From the IMG/VR virus record IMGVR_UViG_3300033146_004399, positions 32,001 through 96,000 of that record: 64,000 nucleotides of DNA. The stretch is one strand, 5' to 3'. The notes beneath the pieces are model-generated. The model saw nothing but the letters and a program-made list of their open reading frames with translations. It had not been told where the DNA came from and did no database searches. Made by a program: the position numbers and the translations under genes. The stretch comes from a virus. This document shows, in pieces, positions 20,236-30,025 of the stretch (its first letter is position 1; each line of letters starts with the position of its first letter).

Positions 20236-21392
20236 AGTAGTACCTCCTCTATATTATATTTTTCATTAAAGTATAATATTTTCACTTGTTTTTTTACCTC
20301 TTTCATTTTCCACTTAAACTTATCATCCCACCAATACTTAGCATGTGGTTCTAAATATAAATTATATTCAGGTAAATAAAAATCTGGATAATAATTACTT
20401 TCTACATTATCTTCATTTAAATATTTAATTGATGCTATATTATCATGTGTAATAAATTTAATTTTATTTTCTACCAACCAGTTAGCTACTTCTAATTCAA
20501 AAGTACCTTGTATTTGTTGCCCCTCTATTTTAAACCATTTACAGGAATTTTTAACAGAAGTACCATAACGTTTTAACATTGTTTCTTTTGATTTATCAAG
20601 CCGGGCAATTGAAGTAACGCCATGATTTTTAATAAATGTTTCTTGCCTCCGCTTAACTATATCAGGATGTTTAGAGGGGTTATCAACTCCCCAATTATTT
20701 AACATAGTTTGTTTCATTTTGTCTTTTACCTCTTTCAGTTGTGTAGTGCTTTCAACACCATATTTATTTAAGTTGTTTTCTTTTATTTTATTTTGTATTT
20801 CTTTTGATTGTGACGGGTTTTCTACACCCCAATTATTTAACATAGTTTGCTTTATTTTATTTTGTATTTTTTCCGATTGAAAAGGATTTTTCACTCCGTA
20901 TTTTTTAAGATTAGTTTTCTCCATTTTTTCTATATTATGGTATCCTTCATTACCATATCTCTCTAATTTAGTTTGTTTAATTTTAACTTTGACAAAATCT
21001 AATGTATTTACATTATTTGTTCCATACTTCTTGTTTATAAGATTGTTATGTTCTTTAGTCCCATAACCATAAGCCACTTTTGAGCCATATCGTTCTATAC
21101 ATGTTTGTTCTGTTTTGTCTCTTACTATTTTTGATTGTGTTGGCCATTCAGTACCATACTTATTTAGATTCGCTTCTTTTCTATGACATTTGGTACATAG
21201 AATTTTATCATTCCAGTATCTTGGTCTTCGTTTGAATACAGCCTTTTCTTCTTTACCACATTCATCACACTCAATAACAATATAATCAATAGCATTTATT
21301 TTTTTATTATTTACATGAATGTTTTTATCATCTATAACTATATTGCCTTTTACTGTCTCGTTTGTTTTTCTATCTATAAAATATTTTATCAT
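20214..21392 (-). mobile_element. Homing-endonuclease-like gene (KYG/NWG repeats + PD-(D/E)XK)
   Basis: QGTFELEVA...YYPDFYLPEYNLYLEPH; 3' 83 nt nearly identical to 15141 gene. Confidence 0.8.
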
Positions 21393-21544
21393 TACATTCT
21401 CCTATAGTAGGTATTACAGGATTATCTTAGTAAAAAATAATAAAAAGTGGTATTTTCCAAAGCATATCTTGTTATGAAATGACAGATGATAAAAAAGCTA
21501 AAAAATGCTTACAGACTCCATACTGAAAGTTTTATATTTTTTGA

Positions 21545-21733
21545 ATGGTAACCACTACAACACTCTATGAACAAGCAGACCCGCAGCATATCCCAAAAAA
21601 AGATGATTATGTGGTTATTGATGGGGAAGAATATATAGTACGTTATAATATATTTGAACCTACAAGAGAACAAATTACTATCAGCTTAATGTCTTTAGCT
21701 GAATACAATAAATACCAAAGAAGAAAAAACTAA
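21545..21733 (+). CDS. Small hypothetical protein (possibly 3' part of a frameshifted gene starting at 21486)
   Basis: ORF track; upstream frame MIKKLKNAYRLHTESFIFFEW* overlaps its start. Confidence 0.5.
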   Translation: MVTTTTLYEQADPQHIPKKDDYVVIDGEEYIVRYNIFEPTREQITISLMSLAEYNKYQRRKN

Positions 21734-21793
21734 CCTCCTTTTAATCATTTTATTCCTTTCACGTAAAGATAATTTTATAGGAAGGGGGATAAT

Positions 21794-22180
21794 ATGAATG
21801 ATCAAACAGGTATGCTCACACCGCAACAATACCAAGATCAAGTGGCAGCACGGAATGGGCTTAACCAGAGATTAGGTTCAAGTAGTATGCATTATGAGAT
21901 GGGCACAGAAAATCTTAACGTAAATAAAAAAAGTAAATCAACATCTAAATTATTAATAAATATAGCTTTTATGGCGATACTCACTGCTGGGATAGGGGGC
22001 TCATTTGTATCATTTTTTGATATGGATAAATTTGTTTCTTTCCTTGAAGTGTTTGGATATATATGGGCTCCTTTAATCATAGCAGTAGGTGGAGGCAGAG
22101 CTCTAAAGGGCTATACTGAAAAAAAGTATTTAGCTAATAAAAATCAACAACAAATGGACATGACACAACCACCAGTATAA
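21794..22180 (+). CDS. Two-TM membrane protein (holin-like topology, unproven)
   Basis: Two hydrophobic helices; SD AAGGGGG; AAGATAA motif at 21766. Confidence 0.6.
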   Translation: MNDQTGMLTPQQYQDQVAARNGLNQRLGSSSMHYEMGTENLNVNKKSKSTSKLLINIAFMAILTAGIGGSFVSFFDMDKFVSFLEVFGYIWAPLIIAVGGGRALKGYTEKKYLANKNQQQMDMTQPPV

Positions 22181-22193
22181 AACGGAGAAGAAA

Positions 22194-22466
22194 ATGAAAT
22201 TTGTAATTTTAATTGAAGAAAGTGGGTATGAACTTAGATATTGGGACGAAGTAAACGAAGAAATAAGAGATTCAATTGTTACATGTTGGGATAAGAATGA
22301 ATTTTATGATAAACTTGTTGAAATGGGTTTTCATATGAGTAAAAGAGTATTAGAGCGTGTGTTCTTTTTGATTGAGGATGGTAAACCATTTGTAGTACTT
22401 TCCTCAGTAAATAATCTAAACCATTTAGACAATCTTCATTATGATGAATTTGTGATAGAAGAATAA
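22194..22466 (+). CDS. Hypothetical protein
   Basis: SD GGAG; co-oriented operon. Confidence 0.7.
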   Translation: MKFVILIEESGYELRYWDEVNEEIRDSIVTCWDKNEFYDKLVEMGFHMSKRVLERVFFLIEDGKPFVVLSSVNNLNHLDNLHYDEFVIEE

Positions 22467-22546
22467 TATTAAGTGAATGGAATCAAGATATTGAACTTGA
22501 TAGTGGAGATATATAACAGAAGAAATAATAATGTTTAAGAGAGGAC

Positions 22547-22807
22547 ATGATGCCGAAAAACATACCATTGAAAATAAAGCCAACAAAAGCAACAACGACT
22601 ATAGCAATATCACAAATTGATTTTTTAAATAAATTTAAAGAAAAATTTAAAAATAAGCAAGTTTATAACTTCTTCATATTTGGAAAAACCACAGTTGGTC
22701 ATGATATATATTTCGAAATACGTTCTATGCGTGTTAATGAGTTTGTATATATGTTGGACGATTTTTCTATTCGCTGGAAGCACATAACTGATAGGAGGTA
22801 TAAATAA
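22547..22807 (+). CDS. Hypothetical protein
   Basis: SD GAGGA; stop overlaps next start. Confidence 0.65.
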   Translation: MMPKNIPLKIKPTKATTTIAISQIDFLNKFKEKFKNKQVYNFFIFGKTTVGHDIYFEIRSMRVNEFVYMLDDFSIRWKHITDRRYK

Positions 22808-23070
22808 TGTTATACGAGGATACTGAAACTGCCAGATTATTTTTAATGTTAAAACCTTTAACCGGAGTGAAAAGTCATTTATATAGTTGCATAGAAATAT
22901 CACGTAAAAATAAAGTTAAATATTCGCAAGTTGGTATGCATTGGATAAATCAAGGGTTAAGAGAGGGTATTTTAACAGAAGTAGAAGTAGATGATGCTTT
23001 GGGTAAATTACATGGTAAAAAGATATTTAAACATCTTTTTAAAAATAAACCGTCTAAGGAACGGGAATGA
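22807..23070 (+). CDS. Hypothetical protein
   Basis: SD AGGAGGT; ATGA coupling to next gene. Confidence 0.7.
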   Translation: MLYEDTETARLFLMLKPLTGVKSHLYSCIEISRKNKVKYSQVGMHWINQGLREGILTEVEVDDALGKLHGKKIFKHLFKNKPSKERE

Positions 23071-23318
23071 AAAGTAAATATATAAATAAAATATGTTTTG
23101 ATAGTATTGGAAAGGATTATAAAAATAAATCAGATTATATGGTTATTACTAGTATAGAGAAGAAAGAAAATAGTATGGTGAGAATAGAAGGTATCTATTT
23201 TAATGGTAAAGAGTTTAATAGATATATGCCATTAAATCTTTTGTATAAAAAGTTAAAAATATTAGATCCACCGCCTTCTCATTTAATAAAAGAATTTATA
23301 AAGAGGATATTTATATAA
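23067..23318 (+). CDS. Small hypothetical protein, paralog of 23520 ORF
   Basis: Shared MKSKY.NKIC start and identical ILDPPPSHLIKEFIKRIFI end. Confidence 0.75.
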   Translation: MKSKYINKICFDSIGKDYKNKSDYMVITSIEKKENSMVRIEGIYFNGKEFNRYMPLNLLYKKLKILDPPPSHLIKEFIKRIFI

Positions 23319-23406
23319 TAGAAAAAATGAAAGATATAATAACACTATGTGGCTTCCAGTGGAGTAAAGCCCAAGAAATAATAATAACAGTATTTAAGAG
23401 GATATA

Positions 23407-23517
23407 ATGCCGAAAAATATACCATGGAAAATAAAACTTTTAGACGGAACGAAAAGTCATTTATATAGTAAGAAAATAATCAAAACATTTTTTCAAGAGA
23501 AATTATTCAAGGGATAG
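23407..23517 (+). CDS. 36-aa chimeric deletion derivative of 22547 and 22807 genes
   Basis: MPKNIPWKIK-LLDGTKSHLYS-KKIIKTFFQEKLFKG; SD GAGGA; absent from ORF track. Confidence 0.55.
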   Translation: MPKNIPWKIKLLDGTKSHLYSKKIIKTFFQEKLFKG

Positions 23518-23519
23518 AA

Positions 23520-23768
23520 GTGAAAAGTAAATATTTAAATAAAATATGTATTGATAATAATATTAGTAAAAATAATAGATCAGGTTATATATTTATTATT
23601 AATATAAAGAATAAAAAAAATAATATGATTATGTTAAAAGGGGTTTATCTTGATGGTAAAAAGTTTCAAAACAATATATCATTAAATATTTTATACAAAA
23701 AAGTAGAAATATTAGATCCGCCGCCTTCTCATTTAATAAAAGAGTTTATAAAGAGGATATTTATATGA
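23520..23768 (+). CDS. Small hypothetical protein, paralog of 23067 ORF
   Basis: 60-nt 3' segment has 2 mismatches to 23257-23316. Confidence 0.75.
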   Translation: MKSKYLNKICIDNNISKNNRSGYIFIINIKNKKNNMIMLKGVYLDGKKFQNNISLNILYKKVEILDPPPSHLIKEFIKRIFI

Positions 23769-24142
23769 TAATTAAAAAATCAGACTTTAACACAAAAATG
23801 TTTAGCACCCTATTTAATCCTAATGTGGGGTCTTCACATAAAGGTGATAGGTTTGTTACTTATGTATTAGAAATGAACAAATTATTTGTAGATGGGAGTT
23901 TTAGTTTAGGAAAGGCGATAAGTACTATCGATTTTAAATCTGATATAGTTAAAATATCTAATTACGAATATTTAGAAATAGATTTAAACAGGATTTCATG
24001 TTTAGGTATGATGAGTTTAAATGGTGATGAGAAAATAAGGTGTTTCATTGATATTCACCCCAGTGAAGTTGAAAATATATTTTATATATCTGTCATGATA
24101 ACCAGTACTGGTTATACAGTAAATGGAATATATAAAGTATGA
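23765..24142 (+). CDS. Hypothetical protein
   Basis: ATGA-coupled operon. Confidence 0.7.
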   Translation: MIIKKSDFNTKMFSTLFNPNVGSSHKGDRFVTYVLEMNKLFVDGSFSLGKAISTIDFKSDIVKISNYEYLEIDLNRISCLGMMSLNGDEKIRCFIDIHPSEVENIFYISVMITSTGYTVNGIYKV

Positions 24143-24435
24143 AATTTAATGATTTAAAAGTAGGTATGGTAGTAGGCGAAGTAGTATTTAAAGACGATCC
24201 TCAAACAAGTACCTATTATACAATTAAAATTATTAATAGCATTAAAGATGGAAGAGCAGATATAACAGTTTATGGTTATTCTGAAGATGGTGGAGAGTAT
24301 CACTTTTTTACGGGGAAGTTACCTAAAACTGGAGGACTTAAAGATTTTGGTCTCTCCAGAAATATAAATGATTTTGGCGATGACGATAAAATGGAATTTA
24401 TTAAAGCAGTATTTGAGAGTAATTCAAGATGGTAG
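24139..24435 (+). CDS. Hypothetical protein
   Basis: ATGA-coupled operon. Confidence 0.7.
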   Translation: MKFNDLKVGMVVGEVVFKDDPQTSTYYTIKIINSIKDGRADITVYGYSEDGGEYHFFTGKLPKTGGLKDFGLSRNINDFGDDDKMEFIKAVFESNSRW

Positions 24436-24656
24436 GAATAGTTGGATTAAAGGGTAATTTTACAATATTTGAATTTTATAATGATACTATATATAGTGAT
24501 TATAAAGTATTATTTACAGTATTGAATAAATATCAAGTATCTAACCTAAGAAATAGAAAGGATTTTAAAGATATTATACATCTCGAGTTCAATGATGAAT
24601 TTGATAATAAAACATTTATAAGAAAATTATTTCGTTCAAAGGAATATGATGATTAG
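24429..24656 (+). CDS. Hypothetical protein
   Basis: Overlapping operon arrangement. Confidence 0.6.
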   Translation: MVGIVGLKGNFTIFEFYNDTIYSDYKVLFTVLNKYQVSNLRNRKDFKDIIHLEFNDEFDNKTFIRKLFRSKEYDD

Positions 24657-24742
24657 AATATGTAATTCTGATAGTGAGAAATATATAGATTCTAATCTTC
24701 CACTTAACAAATGTAAGAGTATCACATGGAAAATGAAAATTT

Positions 24743-24931
24743 ATGAACATTAATTATTATAAAAGTGATATAGTTAAACGTTCTCCAGGAGCTCGTGGTA
24801 CAATTGTTGGTTCTGAAATGTTTTTCTATACTAAAGACGAAGATTATAGAGTCATTAAACATACTGTTAAGACAGTAGTAGATTTAAAGCGTTTCATTAA
24901 AAAAGTGAATGCTAAAGAGGTAATATTATGA
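24743..24931 (+). CDS. Hypothetical protein
   Basis: ORF track; start uncertain, may be frameshifted with an upstream 34-aa ORF. Confidence 0.5.
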   Translation: MNINYYKSDIVKRSPGARGTIVGSEMFFYTKDEDYRVIKHTVKTVVDLKRFIKKVNAKEVIL

Positions 24932-25206
24932 TAGAGTGGAAAACAATACATGAAGACTCACGGTATAGAGAATTTCGGGGTATTATTGGTGATAAAACTA
25001 TTTTACATTTAGAATGTCAAAAAAATAAAGATGGTAGCTGGTCTATATTTATTATAAGTAGAAAAATATCAAATTTTAAAATGATATCTTGGAACAATAG
25101 ATGGAATAAAGATAAAGTATTAGCTTATGTATGGGAAAAAGCTCAAGAAAACGGTGAAATAAGAGATTTAATATTTGATATGATATTCAACGGAGGAATA
25201 CAATGA
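24928..25206 (+). CDS. Hypothetical protein
   Basis: SD GAGGT; ATGA coupling. Confidence 0.7.
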   Translation: MIEWKTIHEDSRYREFRGIIGDKTILHLECQKNKDGSWSIFIISRKISNFKMISWNNRWNKDKVLAYVWEKAQENGEIRDLIFDMIFNGGIQ

Positions 25207-25826
25207 AATTAGAAAATGCAGTAGGTGAAACACAGTTATATGAAGCAAAAATAAAGAAATTATTATTACTTGATATAGATGATACTATAGTAAGTGCTAG
25301 AAATATTTACATATATAAAAAAATGCCTAATGGTAGAGAGATGGCTTTAACACCTGAAGAATTTTCTAAGGAAAATGTAAATTCAGAAACTAATCATTTA
25401 TATGACTTTAGGGAATTCAAAGATGCAGAAATTGTTAAAAATTCCATTCGTACTGGTAAACCTATATTACATGTCCTTCAGTATATGGATCATATGATTA
25501 CTAAAGGTTATAAAATAGGTATACTTACAGCACGTGGTATGGAGCCAGTTATTCGGGACACTCTTCAGTCTTGGTTAATGTATAAGAAGAGAGGTAAATT
25601 GAGAGCTATAGGTGCTAAACTTAAAGAAGTATTTGCTATCAGTGATGAGATTAAAAATTATGATGGTGATACATCATTTGTAAAGAAAGCTAATGTAATT
25701 AAGAGCTTAGTTAAAAAATATCATAAAATTATTTTTATAGATGATGATATAAAAAATATAAATGCAGTAAATGATTTAAGACTTCGTGGTGTGGTATCAA
25801 AACATATTAATGACGTAACATTCTAA
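25203..25826 (+). CDS. HAD-superfamily phosphatase-like protein
   Basis: Motif I LLLLDIDDTIV, motif II ILTARG, K in FVKKANV, motif IV FIDDD. Confidence 0.7.
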   Translation: MKLENAVGETQLYEAKIKKLLLLDIDDTIVSARNIYIYKKMPNGREMALTPEEFSKENVNSETNHLYDFREFKDAEIVKNSIRTGKPILHVLQYMDHMITKGYKIGILTARGMEPVIRDTLQSWLMYKKRGKLRAIGAKLKEVFAISDEIKNYDGDTSFVKKANVIKSLVKKYHKIIFIDDDIKNINAVNDLRLRGVVSKHINDVTF

Positions 25827-26092
25827 TGATTGAATTATTTCAGGTATATACCAATGACGGTAAAGATTTATATATCCCTATATTGATAAAACAGATTCAT
25901 GTAGGAGTAAAAATATTTGTTTATAAATATAAAAGTTTCGTTAAAAAATGGGTGTTATCAAGTGTTTTATATGACACAGAAAACGAATTTAATAAGTATA
26001 CAACTAAATATAAAGGAAGTATAGATTATCATAAATTATTTAAATGTGTGTTTATTTATGAAAACAAAACTGAGTATGGAGATATGATATAA
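25826..26092 (+). CDS. Hypothetical protein
   Basis: TAATG coupling. Confidence 0.65.
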   Translation: MIELFQVYTNDGKDLYIPILIKQIHVGVKIFVYKYKSFVKKWVLSSVLYDTENEFNKYTTKYKGSIDYHKLFKCVFIYENKTEYGDMI

Positions 26093-26143
26093 AATTTGTT
26101 ATTTTTAATGGCAAATTATTAAGATAAGCAGAGAGGTATAAAA

Positions 26144-26818
26144 ATGAAAGAAAAAATGTTAAGATTATATGAAGATTGGGAACGATCACAAGATATCAGT
26201 AAAGTAAGAGAAGCAAGACGAGCACTAAAAGCTTCACAAACAAATCCTGCTCACTTTAGTAAAGTTGGTAAGATGATGGGTTTAGATGGTTCAAGATTTA
26301 ATAAATATTTCGAGGAGTCTAAATCTGAATTTTCTGATAATGTGTTTGCAGCTAAAAGAGCAGCAGCAACATTTATTCTTGAGGCTAAGGATATAGAAGT
26401 TGCAAAGCCTATAACTGCTCTTGGTATAGATAATTTTGCTCTTGCTTATGAACCAGTAACTAGCGGAGGTAGTAAGTCTATGACTTCCCATATTGAAGCT
26501 GGTACAGCAAATGGAACTGTAACAAAAATTCTTAGAGCTATTGTTGGTGGTAACATACAGCTGGCATCTGCTCTCACTATGGCAGCTTGGGGACATTTAT
26601 CTATAGGTGATCGAAACACTATATTAAATTTAGCTAAAGTGCATGGGCAGTACAATATAGGGTCTGATGTTGATAAAGATGCTGGTAACACAGTATTTTA
26701 TGGTGTTGAAGCAAAAGATGAAATTAAGAAAAAAGGTGATGTATCTAAAAATGAATTTTTAGCAATGGCTTTTCCTATGGCTGATCCACAACATACAAAA
26801 ATATATGGTGAGAAATAG
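26144..26818 (+). CDS. Hypothetical protein (224 aa)
   Basis: SD GAGGT; AAGATAA at 26121. Confidence 0.75.
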   Translation: MKEKMLRLYEDWERSQDISKVREARRALKASQTNPAHFSKVGKMMGLDGSRFNKYFEESKSEFSDNVFAAKRAAATFILEAKDIEVAKPITALGIDNFALAYEPVTSGGSKSMTSHIEAGTANGTVTKILRAIVGGNIQLASALTMAAWGHLSIGDRNTILNLAKVHGQYNIGSDVDKDAGNTVFYGVEAKDEIKKKGDVSKNEFLAMAFPMADPQHTKIYGEK

Positions 26819-26976
26819 TAATAATTTTACCATTTTTACTATGGAGGCGAAGACTATTAAAAATTTTAACGATGAATTGGTAGATATACGGAAATATATA
26901 AATATTATATAAGTAAAAAATAGTACAAAAATAAGCATATTTATTCTTAAGTTGATCTATATTTAAGGGGTAAAAA

Positions 26977-27321
26977 ATGGAAATGTTTAATAAAGATGGT
27001 GATCCAACTAAAGAATTTTTTGTATTTTTAAAATATAATACTATACCTTCAACTGAAGTTAAATTATTAGAATCAGACATAATGCTATATAATGATTTTT
27101 CTAGTAAAATGAGATTATTAACAAAATATGTTAATAATGATGATGATAGAATGAAAGTTATCTCGTCCTCATTGTTTTCTATGTTTGGTTATAGTAGACA
27201 CTATTGCAGTATGACTGGTTCACCTATAATCGGGAAGTATTTCAAAATTAATGGTAAAGTTGTAAGTCGTGAAGCCTATGAGTCATATAAAATAATTCAA
27301 GAAATTGAGGATAAATATTAA
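26977..27321 (+). CDS. Hypothetical protein
   Basis: SD AAGGGGT. Confidence 0.7.
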   Translation: MEMFNKDGDPTKEFFVFLKYNTIPSTEVKLLESDIMLYNDFSSKMRLLTKYVNNDDDRMKVISSSLFSMFGYSRHYCSMTGSPIIGKYFKINGKVVSREAYESYKIIQEIEDKY

Positions 27322-27322
27322 A

Positions 27323-29041
27323 ATGACTATTGAAATTGATAATAAATTTGTAGAATACAATCATGATTTATTATTAGAAGATAAAAATAAAAAACGAAAT
27401 AAATTTACATATGATAACAAATCAATTTCAGTAACAAATAGAATGCAATTTTATTGTTCTAAGTGTGGCAAAACCGTAAATACTATATTTAGATACTATA
27501 ATGATTCTTTTGTAACTTTATGCAAAAATTGTAAAAAAGAATCAACTATGATAAAAAATTATGGTGTAAAATCTAATTTTTCTCGTGAAAAAGTTTTAAA
27601 CAAAATAAAACAAACTAATTTAAAACGATATGGTGTTGAAAATCCTTTTCAGTCTGAAGAAATAAAAGAGAAGATAAAGCAAACTAATTTAAAAAAATAC
27701 GGACATGTTCATGCGATGAACAATGATAATATAAAAAATAAATGTAAAGCAACTCAATTTAAAAATAATAATGGGAAATTTGCTTTTAACAGTAAAAAAC
27801 AAGAATTGACTATGATTAAAAAATATGATGTCAAACATGCTTTACAGAACAAAGAAGTTTGCCAGAAACAAAAAGAAATAATGATTAGCAAATATGGCAA
27901 CAAAAATAATTTTAATAAAATTAAAAAAACAAATTTAAAACGATATGGTGTTGAAAATCAATTTAATAGAAATTCTATAAAACAACGAATAGCAAAACAA
28001 AAAAAAATAAATTTTTTTAAATATTTAAAAAAACGAAATGAAAATATAGTTCCATTGTTTAATATTGAAGAATATACTAATGTTAGTTTAAGCTATAAAT
28101 GGCAATGTAACAAATGTAATACTAAATTTAAAGACAATATAGATGACGGTCATATACCTAGATGTCCTACTTGTTTTCCTAAATACAAATCTAAACCTGA
28201 AAAAGAAATTACTGAGTGGATTAAATCTTTAAACATTTCTAACATCATTGAAAATGACAGATCTATTTTAAGCGGTAAAGAGTTAGACATTTATTTACCT
28301 GATTATAATCTAGCTATTGAATTTAATGGACTTTACTGGCATTCAGAATTAAATGGTAAAGACAGAAATTATCATTTTAATAAAACTATTGAATGTGAGA
28401 AACAAGGTATACAATTGCTTCATATATTTGAAGATGAATGGATCGATAAACAGAATATTATAAAGAATATAATTAAAGTTAAATTAGGTTTAATAGATAA
28501 AAAAATATCTGCTAACGAGTGCACAATAAAAGAAATAGATAATCAAGAAGACTTTTTAAATGTAAACCACGTACAAGGATATATACCTGCTGAAATAAAT
28601 ATAGGTTTATATCATGAAGAAGAATTGGTTGGTCTTCTTACGTTTAGTAAATTTAGATATAATGAAGATTATGACTGGGAAATACTTAGATGTGTTGATA
28701 GATTAGATACACATGTGGTCGGTGGGTTTGCTAAAATATTGAAATATTTTACAAATAAATACAAAGGTAGTATAATAGCATACTCAGACAGAAGATTATG
28801 CAGTGTGAATATATATGAAAATAATGGATTTATGAAATTAAAATTTACCAGGCCAAGGTGTTATTATTTAAATAATAATAATTATTTTATACGCTACAAC
28901 AGACAACAATTTCAAAAACATAAACTAGATACTTTTGATCCTTCGTTAACAGAATGGCAAAATATGCAGTTAAATGGTTGGGATAGAATATGGGATGTTG
29001 GCAACAATATATTTATATATAAAGGAGAACTATATGTCTAA
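27323..29041 (+). mobile_element. Homing-endonuclease-like gene (KYG repeats + Vsr/Hef-like), paralog of 8468 ORF; start at second ATG
   Basis: KELDIYLPDYNLAIEFNGLYWHSE...HIFEDEW; LTEWQNMQLNGWDRIWDVGN almost identical to 8468 C-terminus; SD GAGGA before 27323. Confidence 0.8.
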
Positions 29042-29651
29042 TTATACAATGGATGACTTACTTGATGAATGTTTATATGGTAAAAAGAAAAAAAAGAAAA
29101 AGAAAATCAAAAAAATAATAGAAACAAAAGTAAATGTAAAAGAAATACTAGGTGAAGCTGAGGATAAAGATAAGGCTGAAAATGAAAAAACAGCTGATGA
29201 TGCCTCTACTCTTGATGCTAAAGATGCTACAGCTGAAAAATCGAAAGAAGACGCTGATAAAAAAGAATTAAAAGGTGATTTAGTAATGACTATCTCTTTA
29301 ACTATTTCAAACTCTAATCAAGGTAAGTTAGAAATTGGTGAGGAAGAATACGCGTCTATAACTAATATAAATTCGCTCTTAAGTCTTTACGATATTGATA
29401 CTAAAAATCTTATAGACCCTGAAAAGGCTACAGATACACTTACGTTAACTATTGAGGAACAGGTATCAAAATCAGATAAAAATAATATAGCATTAGTAAT
29501 GCGTTCTAACGTAGATGGAACTCTCTCTATTAATATTCTTATAAATGAAATGGGTCAACCATTTGATAATATAGAAGCAGCAATAGTATATTTTAACCAA
29601 CAATACCAAAATAATATTTTAAATATTATTAATAAAGAAGTCAGAGCTTAG
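29034..29651 (+). CDS. Hypothetical protein (poly-Lys then acidic N-terminal region)
   Basis: SD AAGGAG encoded inside upstream endonuclease; start MSNYTM. Confidence 0.7.
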   Translation: MSNYTMDDLLDECLYGKKKKKKKKIKKIIETKVNVKEILGEAEDKDKAENEKTADDASTLDAKDATAEKSKEDADKKELKGDLVMTISLTISNSNQGKLEIGEEEYASITNINSLLSLYDIDTKNLIDPEKATDTLTLTIEEQVSKSDKNNIALVMRSNVDGTLSINILINEMGQPFDNIEAAIVYFNQQYQNNILNIINKEVRA

Positions 29652-29659
29652 TGTTAAAT

Positions 29660-30003
29660 TACATTATTATTAAAAAAGAAAAAATAAAAGTTAATTCAAT
29701 AGATGGTATAGTTATCAAAATCTTTCAGAATTTCAATGTATTGAATATTGCTAAAATAATAATATTAACATATGGGATGGTTCTTCTATACCATATAGAT
29801 TTGAAAATAAAAAACACATTTATCATATAGATTTCGAAACTAATAAATATTTAATAGAAATTAAAGGTTCACACCATTGGTATAAAGAAAATTTAGCCTT
29901 AGGTAAAATAGAAGCCAAAAATAAAGCAGCTAAAGAATATGCTTCATCTATAAATAAAGAATTTTTTTCTTTTAGATGTTAAAGATTATTCTAAACATCT
30001 ATA
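29660..30003 (+). pseudogene. Relic nuclease domain of a 32825-type endonuclease
   Basis: YQNLSEFQCIEYC*NNNINIWDGSSIPYRFENKKHIYHIDFETNKYLIEIKGSHHWYKENLALGKIEAKNKAAKEYASSINKEF aligns with 32825 C-terminus; in-frame TAA, frameshift near 3' end, N-terminal repeats missing. Confidence 0.85.
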
Positions 30004-30025
30004 AATCATTACAGGAGTAAAACTA

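Noticed and set aside
15141-21420. Group I introns or translational bypass explaining the duplicated N-termini
   Set aside because: The endonuclease ORFs overlap the downstream starts, leaving no room for a ribozyme core, and each downstream gene has its own SD and complete N-terminus.
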